A stretch of DNA of 39,273 bases from Hyphomicrobiales bacterium (GTDB lineage: Bacteria; Pseudomonadota; Alphaproteobacteria; Rhizobiales; JAJFHB01). Position 1 is the stretch's first letter. Every line of letters starts with the position of its first letter. The position numbers and the translations under genes were made by a program. Shown piece after piece: positions 36,342 to 39,273 of the stretch. The stretch lies in assembly GCA_021775625.1 (NCBI GenBank), contig JAJFHM010000346.1, positions 1-39,273 on the forward strand, given 5' to 3'. Below the pieces are notes generated by a model. That model was not told where the DNA came from. It saw only the letters and a program-made list of their open reading frames with translations, and did no database searches.

Positions 36342-37475
36342 ATGTCACGCAGCAAGGATTTGAAACAACGCACTCCGCAGGGCACGACACGCCGCGCGCT
36401 TTTGAAGACCACCGCCAAGGGTGCGGTCCTCGGCGGGACGGTACTGGCCGCTCCCTGGATCTGGAACAGAGACGCTCTTGCCGCCGGCGAAGTGAACGTA
36501 CTGGCCTTCGGTGGATACGAAGAGCCCGGCATGCTCGACGGTTTCGAAAAGACCGGCATCAAAGTGAACCTCAAAATCCACGACGGTTCGGACGAGGAGA
36601 TGGTGGCCCTGATCAAATCGTCGCCGGCCGGCACGTTTGACATCATCACCCCGACAAGCGCCTACGTGCCCAAAGCCGCGAAAGATGGTCTGCTTCTCGA
36701 GATGAACCCGGGCGATTTCCCGCTCGGAGACTACTTCGACGTCATCGCCAAATGGCCGCCCTGCTATATTGACGGCAAGATGTACGGTCTGATCAACCGT
36801 TTTGGTTATTACGGCATCACCTACAACCACAAGAAGTTTTCCGAAAGCGACGTCTCCAGCTACTCGGTGTTGTTCGACAGCGCGGTCAAAGGCCGTGTCG
36901 CCCTGTTTGACTGGTTCCTGCCGAACATGGGCTGTATGTCGAAATACAACGGCAACGCCATGCCCTACGACCTCAACGATGCCGCCTTCAAGGGACTCGC
37001 CGATCGCGTTATGAGCCTGCGTCCCCAGGTCGGCCTCGTCGGCAACACCTCGCAGGTGATCCAGGCGATGGCCGGTGGCAGTTACGATCTGGCGATCGCC
37101 GGCGAGTGGGTGCAGGCCGGCATGTATGACGATGGACTGCCGTTCAAGGCGTTGGTGCCCAAGGAGGGTGGCGTGACCTGGGATCAGGCCGTCTGCGTTG
37201 CCGCCAACACGCCGCGCAGGGAAAACGCAATCAAGTTCGTGCAGTATGTCGCTGGACCGGATTTTCAGTCGAAGCTCGCGGTCGCCAAGACCTATTACAG
37301 CATGGTCCCGAACAAGAAGGCGGCGGCCATGCTTCCTGCAGACAAGCGCGAACTGTTGAACCTGGCGGATCTCGACAAGTTCGATGAAGTGTTCATGGCC
37401 AACCTGTCGCCGCGCAAGGATCCGGACAACCGGCAGGCCTGGCTCGACACCTGGGAGAATTTCAAGAACGCCTAA
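36342..37475 (+). CDS. PotD/PotF-like ABC substrate-binding protein with Tat signal
   Basis: TRRALLK twin-arginine signal; FEKTGIKV, FDIITP, YGITYN, KGRVAL, VPKEG..W.Q. Start at ATG 36342 after GGGAGGA. Confidence 0.9.
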   Translation: MSRSKDLKQRTPQGTTRRALLKTTAKGAVLGGTVLAAPWIWNRDALAAGEVNVLAFGGYEEPGMLDGFEKTGIKVNLKIHDGSDEEMVALIKSSPAGTFDIITPTSAYVPKAAKDGLLLEMNPGDFPLGDYFDVIAKWPPCYIDGKMYGLINRFGYYGITYNHKKFSESDVSSYSVLFDSAVKGRVALFDWFLPNMGCMSKYNGNAMPYDLNDAAFKGLADRVMSLRPQVGLVGNTSQVIQAMAGGSYDLAIAGEWVQAGMYDDGLPFKALVPKEGGVTWDQAVCVAANTPRRENAIKFVQYVAGPDFQSKLAVAKTYYSMVPNKKAAAMLPADKRELLNLADLDKFDEVFMANLSPRKDPDNRQAWLDTWENFKNA

Positions 37476-37487
37476 TCCCTCACCTTG

Positions 37488-37523
37488 ACTGGACGCCGCA
37501 GTGCTTTTAGAGCGGCGTCCAGT
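37488..37523 (+). terminator. Hairpin after the SBP gene (partial terminator or stabiliser)
   Basis: ACTGGACGCCGC (37488-37499) pairs with GCGGCGTCCAGT (37512-37523), followed by TCTTT. Confidence 0.6.
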
Positions 37524-37557
37524 TCTTTCGCGTTCTCATTCCGGTCCGGGCAACTTC

Positions 37558-38898
37558 ATGGCGATAATTGACTGCTCACAGCTGATCGAACCCCACTGGT
37601 TGTGGGACACCTATCCGTACGTGTCGCAGACATATCACCTGGGCGATGAGTTCCAGGAGTTCGGTTTGAAGTGGTACGGCTCGGGTTTCACCTATATTTC
37701 AACACCCGGCTGGCATAACAAGGGCGGCAAGACGTTCGACGACTACCCAATGTCGGCCTTTGCAGGTGTGGCGGCGCTGGCCGATATCTCCGGCGCCGCT
37801 GAAACAGACGTCAGGACGATTTCCGACAAACTGGCCGATCTTGCGCGCCGGGACATCCTCATCCTGCGCACCGGGCATGCGGATGCGGTGCCAAGCCGCC
37901 GGCAGGAATACTGGCGCAATGCTCCGTCCGTTTCGGCAGAATGCGCGGACGCAATCGCCAGGGCCGGCTTCACTCACGTGGCGATCGATCTTTCATGCGA
38001 CGACATTCCGGCTCATCGGCCGGACGGCGAAGGCAGCTTTTCCAACCCGAACGGCGCATTTCGCACGGCGCTGCACAAGCGCGGGCTGCTGTTGACCGAG
38101 AATTGCGAGAACCTGAACAGTCTCGACCAGGGGGAAGTTTTCTTCGCGTCTCTTCCCCACTCCATCCCGAAGGGCACCACCAGCCCGACACGTCCGGTGG
38201 CCCTGACCACCTGGCCGTCGGACACGCCCCGCATGGTCGACGTTTCGACACCCATCTTCAATCACTGGCGGTGGAAGCTTGACGTCTATCAGGGCCGCAG
38301 CATGGATGCAGGCGACGATGCTGACGAAACCCATTTTATCTTTGGCGGCCATGGGTTCACGCATTGCGATGCGCCTTGCCACATGCGCAAGGGCGCCTCG
38401 ACAATCCATCAGATGCCCAATTCCGGACTCGACCAGTTCATCCACGACGCAACGCTGGTCGACTTCTCGGATCTCGATCTTCCATTCCCGATCACCCGTG
38501 ACCTCGTCAAAGAGCGGGCCGCCAACAAGTACCGGCCGGGTGATCTGATCATTCTGCGCAGCGATCTTACAAACAAGATGGGCTATGAAAGCCGCGAATG
38601 GCATCTCAAGGCGCCCAACCTGGAAGAAGACGCGGCGAAATGGATCGCAGAACAGAAACCTGCCGGTGTGTGCCTCGATTTTCCTCAGGACTACATCGCC
38701 CGCGAAATGCCGACGCGGCATGTCTACAACAATGAATTCGTCGCCCACCACGCCATATTCTCGGCCGACCTTCCATTTATCGAGGACCTGAAGGATCTCG
38801 GGGAACTCACCACCGATCATCCGTTCGTGATGGCGATCCCGCTGAAAATGAACTGTGTCGACGGCGCCCCGATGCGGGTGATTGCGCTCGAATGGTGA
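37558..38898 (+). CDS. Tandem two-domain cyclase (KynB-like) protein; N-domain degenerate, C-domain metal site intact
   Basis: N-domain SGFTYISTPGWH; C-domain HGFTHCDAPCH, FIEDL, DGAPMRVIALEW. Start ATG 37558. Confidence 0.82.
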   Translation: MAIIDCSQLIEPHWLWDTYPYVSQTYHLGDEFQEFGLKWYGSGFTYISTPGWHNKGGKTFDDYPMSAFAGVAALADISGAAETDVRTISDKLADLARRDILILRTGHADAVPSRRQEYWRNAPSVSAECADAIARAGFTHVAIDLSCDDIPAHRPDGEGSFSNPNGAFRTALHKRGLLLTENCENLNSLDQGEVFFASLPHSIPKGTTSPTRPVALTTWPSDTPRMVDVSTPIFNHWRWKLDVYQGRSMDAGDDADETHFIFGGHGFTHCDAPCHMRKGASTIHQMPNSGLDQFIHDATLVDFSDLDLPFPITRDLVKERAANKYRPGDLIILRSDLTNKMGYESREWHLKAPNLEEDAAKWIAEQKPAGVCLDFPQDYIAREMPTRHVYNNEFVAHHAIFSADLPFIEDLKDLGELTTDHPFVMAIPLKMNCVDGAPMRVIALEW

Positions 38899-39273
38899 CG
38901 GCACGCAAGCCCGGAAGCCCCGCACGGCATAAGCGCGCGCCGGTGTCCAATCTTTGGTACGGCATATTGCCGGCGGTCGTGCTCATGGCCGGCTTCTTCA
39001 TTTTGCCGATCGGCTACACAATCGGCCTCAGTTTCACCGACCCGGAAGCGAGTGGGTTCACGCTGACGAATTATGCAACGTTCTTCGCCAATGACCGGTT
39101 CACCGACGCCCTCATGCGCAGCGTCTACATGTCGGTCATCGTCGTCGTCCTAAGCAGCCTCTTCGCCTATCCGCTCGCCTATTTCCTGACTTATCTGGCA
39201 CCGCCGAAGCGCCGGCTGCTGCTCCTGTTTGTTCTCATCGCGCCGTTCTGGACGAGCTTCACGATACGCGCTT
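38895..39273 (+). CDS. PotB-like ABC transporter permease (partial, runs off the window)
   Basis: GTG overlapping the upstream TGA; hand translation ...ILPAVVLMAGFFILPI...FTLTNY...AYPLAYFL...IAPFWTSFTIRA. Confidence 0.88.
   Translation, partial: MTARKPGSPARHKRAPVSNLWYGILPAVVLMAGFFILPIGYTIGLSFTDPEASGFTLTNYATFFANDRFTDALMRSVYMSVIVVVLSSLFAYPLAYFLTYLAPPKRRLLLLFVLIAPFWTSFTIRA

Overview
A roughly 60% GC, alphaproteobacterial-looking catabolic region with about 33 genes, mostly for N-heterocycle or amide breakdown. Block 1 (81-14936, mostly minus strand): sugar-type ABC transporter, a divergent adenine-deaminase-like enzyme, an ATP-dependent hydantoinase/oxoprolinase A/B pair (B fused to an acetone-carboxylase-gamma-like Zn module), a luciferase-like monooxygenase, two Rid proteins and a form-II CoxL-like molybdoenzyme subunit. 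Block 2 (15274-21504): HisD/HpsN-like dehydrogenase, SDR, cyclase, group D flavin monooxygenase, cupin, Rid and TetR. Blocks 1 and 2 share a TTATC-N4-GATAA palindrome in both divergent promoters. Block 3 (21557-33926, minus): a 3-hydroxypyridine-type cluster with a split phenylphosphate-synthase-like dikinase pair, a Mo-hydroxylase (FAD, SRPBCC, fused 2Fe-2S/Mo subunits), NicX, NicD, an internally deleted maleate-isomerase pseudogene missing from the ORF track, an HD-domain protein and GntR. A non-coding scar with phased repeats and a tRNA-3'-end-like core lies at about 34140-34620. Block 4 (34870-end): two tandem-domain cyclase paralogues with reciprocally degenerate metal sites around a PotD/PotB-like ABC transporter. 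No rRNA, intact tRNA, CRISPR array or transposase was found. Family calls come from motif recognition only; no searches were run.
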